From assembly GCA_965240465.1 (NCBI GenBank), contig OZ251219.1, forward strand, positions 79,624 through 143,623: DNA of 64,000 nucleotides. Direction: 5' to 3'. The translations under genes and the position numbers were made by a program. This document shows, piece by piece, positions 1 through 10,629 of the stretch. Numbering within the stretch: the first letter of the stretch is position 1; every line of letters begins with the position of its first letter. The notes beneath the pieces are model-generated. The model was given only the letters and a program-made list of their open reading frames with translations, was not told the DNA's origin and made no database searches. Source of the stretch: a bacterium. Its GTDB lineage: Bacteria > SAR324 > JACQKK01.

Positions 1-1878
1 GAGATCGCCCATCACATCGCCCATGTATTCTTGAGGGACAACCACCTCCACATCCATCACTGGCTCTAGAAGCACTGGTTTTGCACGCTTTACACCATTT
101 TTAAGGGCTATAGAAGCACAAATCTTAAAAGCGATCTCTGATGAGTCCACTTCGTGAAAAGAACCATCTTTCAGTACTACCTTCATATCTACCATGGGAT
201 ATCCTGCCAGTACTCCGTTATTCATGGCTTCACGTAATCCCTTTTCCACAGCAGGAATATATTCCTTAGGTATTGCACCTCCCACAATGCGACTTTCAAA
301 CTCAAAGCCCAAGCCAGGCTCCAATGGTTCTATACTCATCAACACATGGGCATACTGACCACGACCACCAGTCTGCTTAACATACTTGTTCTCCACTTCA
401 GTCTCTTTAGTGATGGTTTCCCTATAAGCCACCTGAGGTTTACCCACATCGCCCTCCACTTTAAATTCACGCATTAGTCGATCAACTATGATCTCCAAAT
501 GCAACTCTCCCATACCAGATATAATAGTTTGATTAGACTCCACATCTGTTTTCACCCGAAAGGAGGGGTCTTCCTGTGCCAATTTCTGTAGGGCAACGCT
601 CATTTTTTCATAATCGGCCTTGGTTTTAGGTTCTAGAGCTACATCAATCACGGGAGCTGGAAATTCTATTTTTTCTAGCAATATTGGTTGCTCAACCGAA
701 GAAAGAGTATCACCAGTATTAGCACTAGAAAGACCAATGGCAGCTGCGATATCGCCTGCATATATTTCCCTTACTTCTTCTCTCTTGTTGGCGTGCATAC
801 GCATTATACGCCCTACGCGGTCTTTTTTCTGACGAGTAGAATTAAAAGTCCGCATGCCCTGCTGTAGAACCCCAGAATAAACTCGTAAAAAAGTGAGCTG
901 CCCCACATAAGGATCAGTCATAACCTTAAAAGCCAGGGCCGAAAGAGGGGCATCATCTTGAGGTGGGCGGTTTGCCTTTTCTCCCTTAGCATCTTCACCG
1001 ACCACATCACCAACATCTATAGGAGAGGGCAAATACTTGACCACCGCATCCAGTAACATTTGCACACCCTTGTTCTTAAAGGCACTTCCGCAAAGCACTG
1101 GAGTTATCTTACCACTAAGCGTTGCCTTACGAATGGCGCGCTCAATTTCTGCAGATTCAAGAGGTTTTTCTTCCAAAATTTTCTCAGTGAGAGCATCATC
1201 AAACTCAGAAACAGCATCCAGCATACACTCTCGGGCTTCTTCTGCTGCATCTTTGAGATCGGAAGGAACATCTTTTACTTCAAATTTGGCACCTAAGGTA
1301 TCATCAATGAAATAGATAGCCTTCATGGTGACCAAATTCACCATACCCTGAAATAAAGCTTCACTCCCAATAGGAATCTGCAAAGCCAATGGACGAGCAT
1401 TAAGACGCTCGCGAATGGTCTTGATGGAATGATCGAAATCAGAACCTACGCGATCCATCTTGTTGATAAAACAAATGCGAGGAACATTGTATTTATCAGC
1501 CTGCCGCCAGACCGTTTCCGATTGCGGCTCTACACCATTTACAGCGTCAAAAACAGCTACAGCACCATCTAGCACGCGCAAGGAACGTTCCACCTCAATG
1601 GTGAAATCTACATGGCCAGGAGTGTCAATGATATTGATATAATAATTTTCCTTATCTATTTGCCACTGACAAAAAGTAGCCGCAGAGGTAATCGTAATCC
1701 CACGCTCTTGCTCTTGCTCCATCCAATCCATGGTGGAGGCACCATCGTGGACTTCGCCCATTTTGTGGCTACGCCCGGTGTAATAAAGAATACGTTCAGT
1801 AGTGGTGGTTTTACCAGCATCAATGTGTGCCATAATGCCAATGTTGCGATAACGTTCTAAGGGATATTGTCTTGGCAC
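1..1878 (-). CDS. fusA: Elongation factor G, 5' part (N-terminal ~626 aa); the 3' end lies beyond the window start
   Basis: Reverse translation gives [35 protein letters not shown]... with the G-domain motifs. GTG start at 1878, with an AAGGA ribosome-binding site about 9 nt upstream. It follows rpsL-rpsG in the canonical str operon order. The ORF track does not list it because no stop codon falls inside the window. Confidence 0.9.
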   Translation of the reverse strand, partial: MPRQYPLERYRNIGIMAHIDAGKTTTTERILYYTGRSHKMGEVHDGASTMDWMEQEQERGITITSAATFCQWQIDKENYYINIIDTPGHVDFTIEVERSLRVLDGAVAVFDAVNGVEPQSETVWRQADKYNVPRICFINKMDRVGSDFDHSIKTIRERLNARPLALQIPIGSEALFQGMVNLVTMKAIYFIDDTLGAKFEVKDVPSDLKDAAEEARECMLDAVSEFDDALTEKILEEKPLESAEIERAIRKATLSGKITPVLCGSAFKNKGVQMLLDAVVKYLPSPIDVGDVVGEDAKGEKANRPPQDDAPLSALAFKVMTDPYVGQLTFLRVYSGVLQQGMRTFNSTRQKKDRVGRIMRMHANKREEVREIYAGDIAAAIGLSSANTGDTLSSVEQPILLEKIEFPAPVIDVALEPKTKADYEKMSVALQKLAQEDPSFRVKTDVESNQTIISGMGELHLEIIVDRLMREFKVEGDVGKPQVAYRETITKETEVENKYVKQTGGRGQYAHVLMSIEPLEPGLGFEFESRIVGGAIPKEYIPAVEKGLREAMNNGVLAGYPMVDMKVVLKDGSFHEVDSSEIAFKICASIALKNGVKRAKPVLLEPVMDVEVVVPQEYMGDVMGDL

Positions 1879-1910
1879 TGTAGTTGTTTCCTTAGAATCG
1901 AAAAGCAGGT

Positions 1911-2384
1911 CTACCAACGATAGTGGGCAAACGCTCTATTAGATTCGGCCATGCGGTGGATATCTTCTTTTTTGCGCATAGAATTCCCACGCTTGTGGAA
2001 AGCATCCAGCAATTCAGCAGATAATTTTTCTTGCATAGAACGCCCTTTACGCTGAATTGCGTTTTGGATAATCCAGCGGATACTTAATGCTTGGCGACGT
2101 TCTGGCCTTACCTCAACAGGCACCTGATAGGTAGAACCTCCTACCCGTCGTGATTTTACTTCCACGGTGGGTTTAACATTCTCAACCGCGGTCTGCACCA
2201 ACTCCAAAACATGAGTGCGGGATTCCTTGCGTTTTAAATCTTCCATAGCCCGATACAGAATTCCCTGTGCGACACCCTTTTTGCCATCATTCATCAAGGC
2301 ATTGATGAATTTGCTGATCAATTCATCCCGATAGATAGGGTCTGGGGGGATGTTTCGTGGTTCTGTGCGTCTTCTACGAGACAT
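1911..2384 (-). CDS. rpsG: 30S ribosomal protein S7
   Basis: 157 aa, [10 protein letters not shown]...; reads as S7 and sits between rpsL and fusA. Confidence 0.95.
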   Translation of the reverse strand: MSRRRRTEPRNIPPDPIYRDELISKFINALMNDGKKGVAQGILYRAMEDLKRKESRTHVLELVQTAVENVKPTVEVKSRRVGGSTYQVPVEVRPERRQALSIRWIIQNAIQRKGRSMQEKLSAELLDAFHKRGNSMRKKEDIHRMAESNRAFAHYRW

Positions 2385-2456
2385 GAATAGGGCACTATAA
2401 AAAGGATAAAAATTGCTAATAAATTTTATTGAACAGGGGGAAAAGAAAAATTACCT

Positions 2457-2828
2457 CTACTTGCTACGCTTAGCACCGTATTTAGAGCGTCCTTGCTTAC
2501 GATTTTCAGGGGCGGTAGTATCCAAAGTCCCCCGTACCATGTGGTAACGAACCCCTGGCAGATCCTTCACTCGTCCACCTCTAATCAGTACCACAGAGTG
2601 CTCTTGCAGATTGTGTCCAATACCGGGGATGTAGCTATTTACTTCCATCCCATTAGTTAATCTAACCCGTGCAACCTTACGCAACGCAGAATTAGGTTTT
2701 TTTGGAGTGGTGGTATAAACTCTCACGCAAACTCCACGCTTCTGCGGACAAGATTCTAAAGCAGGAGTATCTGTCTTGGTGGGTTTGTTCTTGCGTCCTT
2801 TGCGCACCATTTGGTTTAAGGTTGGCAT
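2457..2828 (-). CDS. rpsL: 30S ribosomal protein S12
   Basis: 123 aa, [12 protein letters not shown]...[10 protein letters not shown]; canonical S12. Confidence 0.95.
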   Translation of the reverse strand: MPTLNQMVRKGRKNKPTKTDTPALESCPQKRGVCVRVYTTTPKKPNSALRKVARVRLTNGMEVNSYIPGIGHNLQEHSVVLIRGGRVKDLPGVRYHMVRGTLDTTAPENRKQGRSKYGAKRSK

Positions 2829-3121
2829 ACGATGATCTTTCTTGGTCTTGTTATCAATTCCTGCTTAATAATTATTGCCTAATATTTACTGTTTGGTCAC
2901 CGCCATTTAATAGATCTTGCCTATATACCAATTTCTACAAATCCTTTTATGCCAAGGACAACAGCAGATGCTAGCAAATAAATATCCTTTATGCAATGCA
3001 CAAAATGCAAGAGAATTGAGCGTAAAAAACAGCTTTGATTATTGATTATGAAGCCTTCTTTCATGCAACATGATTTGAAGACATATATATTAGCCAAGAT
3101 TGAAATGAGTAAATATTAAAA

Positions 3122-5071
3122 ATGGTGTTAAAAAATCAAAGGATTGAGGGATGGGGCCAAGATAAGAATTTACGTAAAGAGGGGGTGCGGTGGATGGTGT
3201 TGGTGGCATTGTTATTGGGTCTTCCGTGGTTGAGGCTACAAGATGGGAGTCAGAGTGGCGAGTTAGTATTGTATCCCTTGCACTTCCTATTAGGGGGGTT
3301 ATTTTTGCTACAGGCGATATTTTTGTGGAGAAGAAACTGCCTAGGTATACCTCGTCGGGCAGTGTTATGGGCAATGGGATCATTGTTGCTACTGTTGCTG
3401 TTTATGTTAACGACACTGTTGTGGGAAAAACAGTGGGCGACAGCAGCAGTGTTGTCGACTGCAATAATAGCTAATCTGGGTTGGGGGGCAGTAGCTTTTC
3501 AGTGTGGTATGAGAACTAAGAATGGATTACAATTTGGTACGATCGCTTTTTTACTGCTTTTGGGAGGGCTTGTTTTGGGAGGGCTACAGTGGATGGGTAC
3601 TCAATTGTGGCCTTGGGCTTGTAATGTGCTTCCTTGTCTAGCTGGTAGAGAGCATCTACCACGGCGTTTTATGGGAGGATTTGTCGGTGCGGACCAATAT
3701 TTACTGTTTTTGGTAGTTTTGCTACCCGCGTGGGGAAATGTTTTGTTTGGTTGGTTCCGCCAATCGCTGGTAACCGGGCGTTTCTTGTTATTATTGACCT
3801 TTGTGTTGGTAGTAGGAGTGACTGTTCTGCTGGCAATGTCCTTGGTGATGGCAGTATTTTTGTTGCTGTGCTGGCTGATATTACACTGGATATTGAAGCT
3901 GATGGGAGAATCTAGAGATGTACAGCTACTGGGAGGCATGGTTTTATTGATTTTAGCTGGAGGGCTGTGGGTTTATCAGGTAGTCCCGGGTTATGCTGAT
4001 CATTTTCCTTTGGTAGAAACTACTTTGCGGCATGGACGTGAGGCAAAATTGGTGGTGCTTAATGAAGAATTTCCCTTAAAAGCAACTCGATATGGTCCCA
4101 TTGAGGTAGAGCTGGAATTAACAAATACTGGCCGGCTAAACCTAGGCACCCAGGCAGAAGCTCCCGTACGAATAATGGCTAGAGTACTGGTGGAAGAACC
4201 ACCCGGTAACAACCATCTTACAGAGACGATATTGTTGCAACCATTGTTGTTATCAAAGCCTCTTTTAACGGGCGAGCAGCTTAGATTGCCAGTACATGTC
4301 ACACTACCAAATTGGGCGGAGCGTGGACATATGGAATTTTTACTGGATAACGGTGATGGGTCCGTGGTTCGTCTTGCCAAAGACTCAAAAACCTATATTA
4401 GCTTTGAATTACCGGGTGGAAAATCTACTCTTCTCACTAAAGAAAATAACGTAGGCACCATCATGGCACAAGCATGGCAACCATTGCGAGAAAAAGAGGT
4501 GAAAATGATGCAAAGAACAAACACTCTCACCTTAGAAACCCTAGCACGCGATACTATAGACACCATTTTATTCGCCCCTTTTTTAGGCATCGGCAGTCTT
4601 AGTAAAATCAAGCCAGTAGATGAACGAGGGCCATTTTTATTACGTTTGTTTAGGGGTTTCGGCTTAGTGGGACTAATACTGGCACTTTGGACACCATCCT
4701 TGCTGTTATTTTACGTATGGCAAGCCTTCCGACTTAGAGACTCAAAAAACAATGGATTGTCGCCGCTTTTAATGGGAATTTCTGTGATAATATTGTCGGT
4801 AGCAGGATTATTTTCGGCCAGCGTGGGGAATTATCATATGCTGTGGGCACTCAGCCTGCACTTGGGGTACGTACAAGGAAGAGCTGTTGCTTCAATCCCC
4901 AACAGGGGAGCAATAAATTACTCGGAGATGTTGTTACCAAGACCATGGCAACAGGTATCTGTCCGGGTCATTAAGGGGCTGTACTCATACGTTCCATTCC
5001 TTCGCAAGAGATTCCATGTTCGCCTGTGGAAATTGCTCACTGGCCGGCAACACAACAAAAACAAGAAATAA
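3122..5071 (+). CDS. Hypothetical polytopic membrane protein, Trp/Leu-rich, about 10 or more predicted TM helices, with a soluble domain of roughly 200 aa between TM blocks
   Basis: 649-aa ORF dominated by hydrophobic segments (LLLGLPWLRL, LLLLLLFMLTTLLW...) and a central non-hydrophobic stretch (VETTLRHGREAKLVVLNEEF...). I recognise no family. Its TAA stop overlaps the ATG of the downstream mlaE-like gene as TAATG. The true start could be downstream of 3122. Confidence 0.5.
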   Translation: MVLKNQRIEGWGQDKNLRKEGVRWMVLVALLLGLPWLRLQDGSQSGELVLYPLHFLLGGLFLLQAIFLWRRNCLGIPRRAVLWAMGSLLLLLLFMLTTLLWEKQWATAAVLSTAIIANLGWGAVAFQCGMRTKNGLQFGTIAFLLLLGGLVLGGLQWMGTQLWPWACNVLPCLAGREHLPRRFMGGFVGADQYLLFLVVLLPAWGNVLFGWFRQSLVTGRFLLLLTFVLVVGVTVLLAMSLVMAVFLLLCWLILHWILKLMGESRDVQLLGGMVLLILAGGLWVYQVVPGYADHFPLVETTLRHGREAKLVVLNEEFPLKATRYGPIEVELELTNTGRLNLGTQAEAPVRIMARVLVEEPPGNNHLTETILLQPLLLSKPLLTGEQLRLPVHVTLPNWAERGHMEFLLDNGDGSVVRLAKDSKTYISFELPGGKSTLLTKENNVGTIMAQAWQPLREKEVKMMQRTNTLTLETLARDTIDTILFAPFLGIGSLSKIKPVDERGPFLLRLFRGFGLVGLILALWTPSLLLFYVWQAFRLRDSKNNGLSPLLMGISVIILSVAGLFSASVGNYHMLWALSLHLGYVQGRAVASIPNRGAINYSEMLLPRPWQQVSVRVIKGLYSYVPFLRKRFHVRLWKLLTGRQHNKNKK

Positions 5072-6066
5072 TGTTCTTCAGTTTTAATAATTTTTTTATG
5101 GTCAGCTCCAAAAGTACATTCAAAAACCCCTCTGAGACTTCTATTTCTCGCCCGCATCAAAAGATGGCACACAACAAAAAAACATCCTCGCAGTCGCCTT
5201 TGGCATCATCTTCTGCACCTTCAGAATATCCAAAATCTAAGGGAAAACAGCGTCGCTGGCTACACATTTGGCTACCTAAGGCTCAAAAAGAAGCACGGCT
5301 CGGGATAGAACAGCTGGGCAAGACCAGCATCAACTGGCTGGAAGAAACTGGAGCTTTGGGCCTACAATTTATACAGACATTCCGCTTGGCTTTTTGCCCA
5401 CCATATCGCTGGAAGCTGTTGTTTAAACAAATGGAATTCATTGGTAATAAATCACTAGGAATAGTTGTACTGAGTGGTCTATTTACGGGCATGGTACTCA
5501 CTTTTCAAAGTTATCGTTCGCTACGTGAATTCGGTTCAGAATCCATCGTAGGCGGACTGGTGGCTGTATCTATGGTAAGAGAACTGGGACCCGTACTATC
5601 GGCTTTGATGGTCAATGCCCGAGCTGGATCGGCCATTGCAGCCGAAGTAGCTTCCATGAGAGTGACTGAGCAAATTGATGCCTTACTAGCCATGGCGGTT
5701 AATCCTATCCAGTACCTAATTACACCTAGGGTGCTGGCAGGCTTGATCATGATGCCAATGCTGACAGTAATTGCAGATTTAACCGGCCTGATGGGTAGCT
5801 ATCTAGTGGGAGTATTGCTACTGAAGGTGGACCCTGGAATCTTTGTTACAAAAATCAGAGATTTTCTAAGCTTTAGCGACATCTTGCAGGGATCCTTTAA
5901 GGCAGCTGTGTTTGGGATTACTTTAACTCAGGTAGGCTGTTTTAATGGCTACCATACCCATGGCGGTGCAGAAGGAGTAGGGCGGGCAACTACTAAAGCG
6001 GTGGTAGTATCATCAGTTTTGATATTGATGTTTGATTATTTAATTACTGTTTTTTGGCAATCTTAA
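5071..6066 (+). CDS. mlaE: MlaE/TGD1-family ABC transporter permease (lipid trafficking)
   Basis: The C-terminal ~260 aa match the MlaE permease core (LGIVVLSGLFTGMVLTFQSYRSLREFGSESIVGGLVAVSMVRELGPVLSALMVNARAGSAIAAEVASMRVTEQIDAL...). Start placed at the ATG overlapping the upstream stop (TAATG). The ATG at 5164 is an alternative start. The track ORF begins at 5026. Confidence 0.75.
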   Translation: MFFSFNNFFMVSSKSTFKNPSETSISRPHQKMAHNKKTSSQSPLASSSAPSEYPKSKGKQRRWLHIWLPKAQKEARLGIEQLGKTSINWLEETGALGLQFIQTFRLAFCPPYRWKLLFKQMEFIGNKSLGIVVLSGLFTGMVLTFQSYRSLREFGSESIVGGLVAVSMVRELGPVLSALMVNARAGSAIAAEVASMRVTEQIDALLAMAVNPIQYLITPRVLAGLIMMPMLTVIADLTGLMGSYLVGVLLLKVDPGIFVTKIRDFLSFSDILQGSFKAAVFGITLTQVGCFNGYHTHGGAEGVGRATTKAVVVSSVLILMFDYLITVFWQS

Positions 6067-6196
6067 TGCATAACCAATATTGTTACACTAATAGCACCAG
6101 TCCCTTAGGACTATTTCGCTAGTTATTTTATATTGTCTTTAGGTTAAAACGTAGACTTACCTCAGGGTAATCCAAACAGCTAAAGGAAGCTTATTT

Positions 6197-7777
6197 GTGA
6201 ATCGTTTATCTGTGGAACTCAAGGTTGGCCTACTCATCCTCTCAGGGATGTTGATAACGGTATACGCTTCTGTGGCGGTGACGGGCTGGCGTCCTGGGCA
6301 GGGAGATACTTATACATTGTTTGCCAATGTTGAAAATGCTTCTGGATTGCTACCTGGTTCGCCAGTACAGGTAGCTGGAGTACGGGTTGGAAAGGTGGAC
6401 GATATTTCCTTAGACGGCAATGAAGCCCGCATGAGGCTAAATTTGTTCAGTCGCTATGTTACTTATTCTGATGCCGAAATTTCCATTAGATCATTGGGGA
6501 TTTTGGGCGATAAATATGTGAACCTAAATCTGGGCAGTAAATCAGCAACTCCGTTACCTCCTGGGGGTGAAATTTCGTTGATAGGTCCCAATACGGGATT
6601 AGAAAACCTAGTGAGTAGTATTAGTAATATTGTGTCTGATGTTAGTAATGTCACCAGTGCCCTGCAGGACTCGTTCGGAAGTAAGCGCGGCCGCAAAAGA
6701 TTGGAGGCAGTTATGGAAAATATTTCTTTTGCCACTGAAAACATTCACAACATAACCAAAGTTACTAACCAACAAATAGAATACATTTTATTCAATCTGC
6801 GTGAATTCACGGATAATGTTAACCGCATTTCCAAAGATAATGAAGATGACATCCGTCGTTTAGTAAAGGGATTCGCCACATTTGGTGAACAACTGGCCAA
6901 CATCTCTTCAGCCAATCGCAAGGAAATTGACTCTATCATTCAAAATGTAGAAATATTCTCAGGTGCCCTAGCTGAAAACGGACCCAGTATCATACGCGAT
7001 CTCCGCTTGTTGCTAACCAACAATCGCCAAAAAATTGCTGAAACTGTGGATAACATTAACAACGCTTTTATTCATCTGGAGGATGCCATGGTGCATGTGG
7101 AATCCATCTCAGCTAAGCTAGACGAAGGCGAAGGCACCTTTGGGCGGTTGATTAATGATGACACCACCGTCAACAACCTAGACTCAGCTTTGTCTGGAGC
7201 TAGCAATTTCTTTGGAAGTACTGGTCGCTTAAAACTGGATGTAGGAGGCCATGTAGAGTACCTTACCCAGGCAGGTAGCTACAAATCCTTCATTGATCTG
7301 CGCTTGAGACCTTTGAAAGACCGCTTTTATGAAATTCAGCTGGTAAAGGACCCTAGAGGCTCCAAAAGAAAGAAGACCACTTACACCACTGAAAACGAAG
7401 TCACCACTAAAAAGGAAGAAGAAACAACCACAGAAGATATGGAGCTATCTATCAGTATAGGCCAACGCTACTATGATACCATCATACAAGGCGGACTAAT
7501 AGAAAACTCATTCGGTATCAACCTGCAACAACTATTTGGCCGCCGAGACCAATTCAGTCTGGGAACAAGCATTTGGGACTTAGAACGCGATGAAGGAGCT
7601 CATCTCAAGCTATATGGTATCTGGCGTGCATTATCTAATACTTTCCTAATTGCAGGGCAAGACGACGTCATCAATAACCAACCTGACCAAGTTAATCCTT
7701 TTGTCGGGGTAGGCATCCACTTCAATGAGGACTCTCTGCGTCCTTTGGTAGGCACCATAGGGGGGCTAGGACAATAA
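6197..7777 (+). CDS. mlaD: MCE-domain protein (MlaD/TGD2-like) with a long C-terminal extension
   Basis: GTG start. N-terminal TM helix, then an MCE domain (YTLFANVENASGLLPGSPVQVAGVRVGKVDDISLDGNEARMRLNL...). At 526 aa it is far longer than the roughly 180-aa E. coli MlaD. Confidence 0.75.
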   Translation: MNRLSVELKVGLLILSGMLITVYASVAVTGWRPGQGDTYTLFANVENASGLLPGSPVQVAGVRVGKVDDISLDGNEARMRLNLFSRYVTYSDAEISIRSLGILGDKYVNLNLGSKSATPLPPGGEISLIGPNTGLENLVSSISNIVSDVSNVTSALQDSFGSKRGRKRLEAVMENISFATENIHNITKVTNQQIEYILFNLREFTDNVNRISKDNEDDIRRLVKGFATFGEQLANISSANRKEIDSIIQNVEIFSGALAENGPSIIRDLRLLLTNNRQKIAETVDNINNAFIHLEDAMVHVESISAKLDEGEGTFGRLINDDTTVNNLDSALSGASNFFGSTGRLKLDVGGHVEYLTQAGSYKSFIDLRLRPLKDRFYEIQLVKDPRGSKRKKTTYTTENEVTTKKEEETTTEDMELSISIGQRYYDTIIQGGLIENSFGINLQQLFGRRDQFSLGTSIWDLERDEGAHLKLYGIWRALSNTFLIAGQDDVINNQPDQVNPFVGVGIHFNEDSLRPLVGTIGGLGQ

Positions 7778-7859
7778 CCTTCAGCAACCATCTGCACATT
7801 TATTCCACTTTCTCACCACTATCTTCTTCAACTAAAATAGCATTTGAAAAAAGATACGG

Positions 7860-8270
7860 ATGTCATCTTCACAACACCCACCTACGCCTATAAGTATGGT
7901 GCTAAAAACCGTGCTGGATAGTCCAGAACACTACCGTACTCTCATCTTCCAGGTAATTTGTGACCACTGGAATACCATCGTCAACAATCCAGATATTGTA
8001 CGCTCCTCTGCACCCATTAAATTAGTCAAAGGTACTCTGTTTATAGGCTCTACCAACCCCACCTGGACATATGAACTCCAGCTCATGCAACCACACCTGT
8101 CGCAAGCGATCCAAAAACTATGTGGCTCGCAGAGCATCAAAGCATTTCGCTTCCAGCACGTTTCTCAACTACCTAAAAAAACCACTTCCCTGCCCACAGC
8201 AGTTGCCATCCAGCTTTCCAACTCCGCCAAAAAACACTTTCAGCAACTCCGAGTACAACTGCGTTCATAA
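7860..8270 (+). CDS. DUF721 (DciA-like) domain protein
   Basis: The motif W..IV...I...S.P..L..GTL.I.S.N..W..ELQL...L...I.......I..FRF resembles the DUF721/DciA signature. Recognised by eye only. Confidence 0.45.
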   Translation: MSSSQHPPTPISMVLKTVLDSPEHYRTLIFQVICDHWNTIVNNPDIVRSSAPIKLVKGTLFIGSTNPTWTYELQLMQPHLSQAIQKLCGSQSIKAFRFQHVSQLPKKTTSLPTAVAIQLSNSAKKHFQQLRVQLRS

Positions 8271-8365
8271 CTACCAAGTCAATGGTAAATTGTAGTCAAC
8301 CATATTTTTGTAGAAAAAATAATGGCAAGGCCAATTGTACAAAGCAATGAGGCATTTTTTAATGA

Positions 8366-9205
8366 TTGTTGATGTTAGATGCACACACTCACTTAATAGA
8401 CCATTCCTTTGCAAATGACCTTCCCCTGGTTTTGCAAGCTTCCGCTAAGGCAGGAGTACGAGGAATCGTGGTGGTCGGACAGAATGCAGATGAAAATGAG
8501 AAGGTGTTAAATTTGGTAAAGCAACAGGCAAGCAAGAACACAAATCTTCCTTTTTTGTTGCCTTTTCTGGGTTTCCATCCCGATTTGTTTGCTGATTCCA
8601 AGCCTCTGCCTACCAAGCAAGATTGGGAGAGGGTAATCTTGCAAATTGAACATCACGCAAATGAGATAAAAGGAAGGGGAGGAATAGGCGAGGTAGGATT
8701 AGATGATTTTGTTTGCCGCACAAGGGAAAGAAGGCATCTGCAACGTGAAGCATTTGAGCAATTAGTACACGTGGCAATTAATCTTGGACTGCCATTGAAT
8801 GTTCATTCACGAAGCTGCGGCAAGCGGACTCTGGAACTGCTACTAAGGATGGGTGCTAAACAGGTACTGATGCATGCCTTTGACGGCAAAGCAGGACACG
8901 CAATGCTAGGAGCCGAAATGGGGTACGTTTTTTCGGTACCTGCAACGGTGATACATTCTGAACAGAAGCAAAGGATGGTAAGGGCATTGCCATTGCATGC
9001 CTTAGCCTTAGAAACCGATAGCCCTGCTTTAGGACCACTAGCAGGTGAACGCAATACTCCGATGAATGTATGTATTGTCCGGGATTGCCTAGCTAAATTA
9101 AAGCATCTCACTGCAACAGAAATAACCTATGTCACCACCCAAAACATTCAGCGAGTCTTTGCCCTCTCATTCCAAGGGAAACCAGACCAGCAAGCAACAA
9201 ATTGA
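8366..9205 (+). CDS. tatD: TatD-family metal-dependent hydrolase (DNase)
   Basis: DAHTHL start motif, and GEVGLD.., H..F.G... motifs of the TatD family. Confidence 0.8.
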   Translation: MLMLDAHTHLIDHSFANDLPLVLQASAKAGVRGIVVVGQNADENEKVLNLVKQQASKNTNLPFLLPFLGFHPDLFADSKPLPTKQDWERVILQIEHHANEIKGRGGIGEVGLDDFVCRTRERRHLQREAFEQLVHVAINLGLPLNVHSRSCGKRTLELLLRMGAKQVLMHAFDGKAGHAMLGAEMGYVFSVPATVIHSEQKQRMVRALPLHALALETDSPALGPLAGERNTPMNVCIVRDCLAKLKHLTATEITYVTTQNIQRVFALSFQGKPDQQATN

Positions 9206-9290
9206 TAATCGCATTACCCAGCAAGATGCGTCTTCAACCGAAAAGAGAAAGGCGGCACTCCCCTGCATAGTAATCAATGCTCGCGGAGGA

Positions 9291-9806
9291 ATGATATTTC
9301 GGATACGTGCGTTTGAAAGAAAAGACATAGACAGCCTCTATTTTTTAATGCATCGCTGTTGTCCACCTAAATTGATGCCGTCGTTTGAACAATTGCTTCA
9401 CTTGTTATTACAGCCGAATTCAGCTGTATTGGTCGCTCAGCTGATACAGGGAGATTCATTCGGTTTGGCGGGAGGGGTACTCGTTTGCTGGGATAAAAGT
9501 GGCTCTGTGATGGAATTATGCTGGTGTGGAACACATGAACATTTTCGCCGTCGTGGATTAGGAAGAGGAATGATGAAAGTGGTAAAAGATCTGGCCATTC
9601 GCCAAGGATTGCAGGAATTGGTGAAGGGAATAGAAAAAGAAAACCAAACAGGCCAAGATTTCTTAACAGCCCTAGGTTTTCATGATAGCAACCACGAACA
9701 TCCTGTGCTCTGGGGAAAAATTAAGGGACATGCATGGCGGCTAAAACTATCTGCTTCAGCTTCTTCTACGGCACAGATTCATGATAAGAAAAAAAGCAAA
9801 GGATAA
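9291..9806 (+). CDS. GNAT-family N-acetyltransferase (putative)
   Basis: Acetyl-CoA-binding-like motif HFRRRGLGRGMM...; start moved to an internal Met to avoid overlap with tatD. The track ORF begins at 9129. Confidence 0.45.
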   Translation: MIFRIRAFERKDIDSLYFLMHRCCPPKLMPSFEQLLHLLLQPNSAVLVAQLIQGDSFGLAGGVLVCWDKSGSVMELCWCGTHEHFRRRGLGRGMMKVVKDLAIRQGLQELVKGIEKENQTGQDFLTALGFHDSNHEHPVLWGKIKGHAWRLKLSASASSTAQIHDKKKSKG

Positions 9807-9809
9807 TGC

Positions 9810-10610
9810 ATGAAATCCTGTGGCATCATCACATTGACAACCGATTTTGGCGACAATGACGGCTTTGTAGGAGCCATGCGAGGACGTTTATTACGATTAG
9901 CCCCTCAAGCACTTGTTTATGATATCAGCCATAACAATCCCCCCCAAGATATTTATGCCGCCGCTTGGTGTTTGCGTCGTGCTGCCCCTGAGTGGCCACA
10001 GGGAACTATTCATATGGCAGTAGTAGATCCAGAAGTAGGATCTGATAGGGAAGCTCTCGCTATTTGCTCACCTCAAGGATGGTTTATTGGCCCCGATAAC
10101 GGGGTACTCACTCTGGCAGCAGAACACCAAGGCATCTCGCAAGTATGGGCTATAGACAGGCAAGCTTTGTCACCTAATAATTCCAAGGAAAAAACAACCA
10201 CCTTTGACGGCCTCAATCTATTTGTTCCCCTCGCAGTAAAATTACTACAAGGTACTGCTCTGAGTTCCCTTGGACAAGAAATAGAAGACTATAACCGCAT
10301 TAAGCTTACTAACCCGATAAAAAGGGGTAATTGGCTAATAGGACACGCATTATTACCAGATCGCTTTGGTAACTGTATTACGGACATAACCCGCGAAGAC
10401 CTACCTCAGCTGAGGCAAATCCAAACCATTCAATGTGGTAAAAATTATGCTCGTACCTGCACTCATTACAGCGAGCTATTAAAGAAAGATGAGGTGGGAG
10501 CTTTATTCAATAGCAGCGGATACTTAGAATTAGCTATATTCTGCAAATCTGTTTGGAAACACTGGAATCTGCATCAAGGGGCTGAAATTCAAATACAACT
10601 AGAATCCTAA
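9810..10610 (+). CDS. S-adenosyl-L-methionine hydroxide adenosyltransferase family protein (DUF62, fluorinase/chlorinase-like fold)
   Basis: ITLTTDFG.NDGFVGAMRG...DISHN...AVVDPEVGS matches the conserved N-terminal signature of the DUF62 family. Confidence 0.7.
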   Translation: MKSCGIITLTTDFGDNDGFVGAMRGRLLRLAPQALVYDISHNNPPQDIYAAAWCLRRAAPEWPQGTIHMAVVDPEVGSDREALAICSPQGWFIGPDNGVLTLAAEHQGISQVWAIDRQALSPNNSKEKTTTFDGLNLFVPLAVKLLQGTALSSLGQEIEDYNRIKLTNPIKRGNWLIGHALLPDRFGNCITDITREDLPQLRQIQTIQCGKNYARTCTHYSELLKKDEVGALFNSSGYLELAIFCKSVWKHWNLHQGAEIQIQLES

Positions 10611-10629
10611 CCACAGGCAAGTTATCCAT

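Noticed and set aside
9129-9290. Possible selenoprotein-style in-frame UGA readthrough at the tatD/GNAT overlap and at other overlapping ORF pairs (3122..5071 with 5026..6066; 40728..42245 with 39629..40810).
   Set aside because: The ORF pairs are in different frames or are conventional stop-start overlaps. The tatD stop is TGA-TAA. No same-frame split ORF with a downstream hairpin that could serve as a bacterial SECIS was evident.
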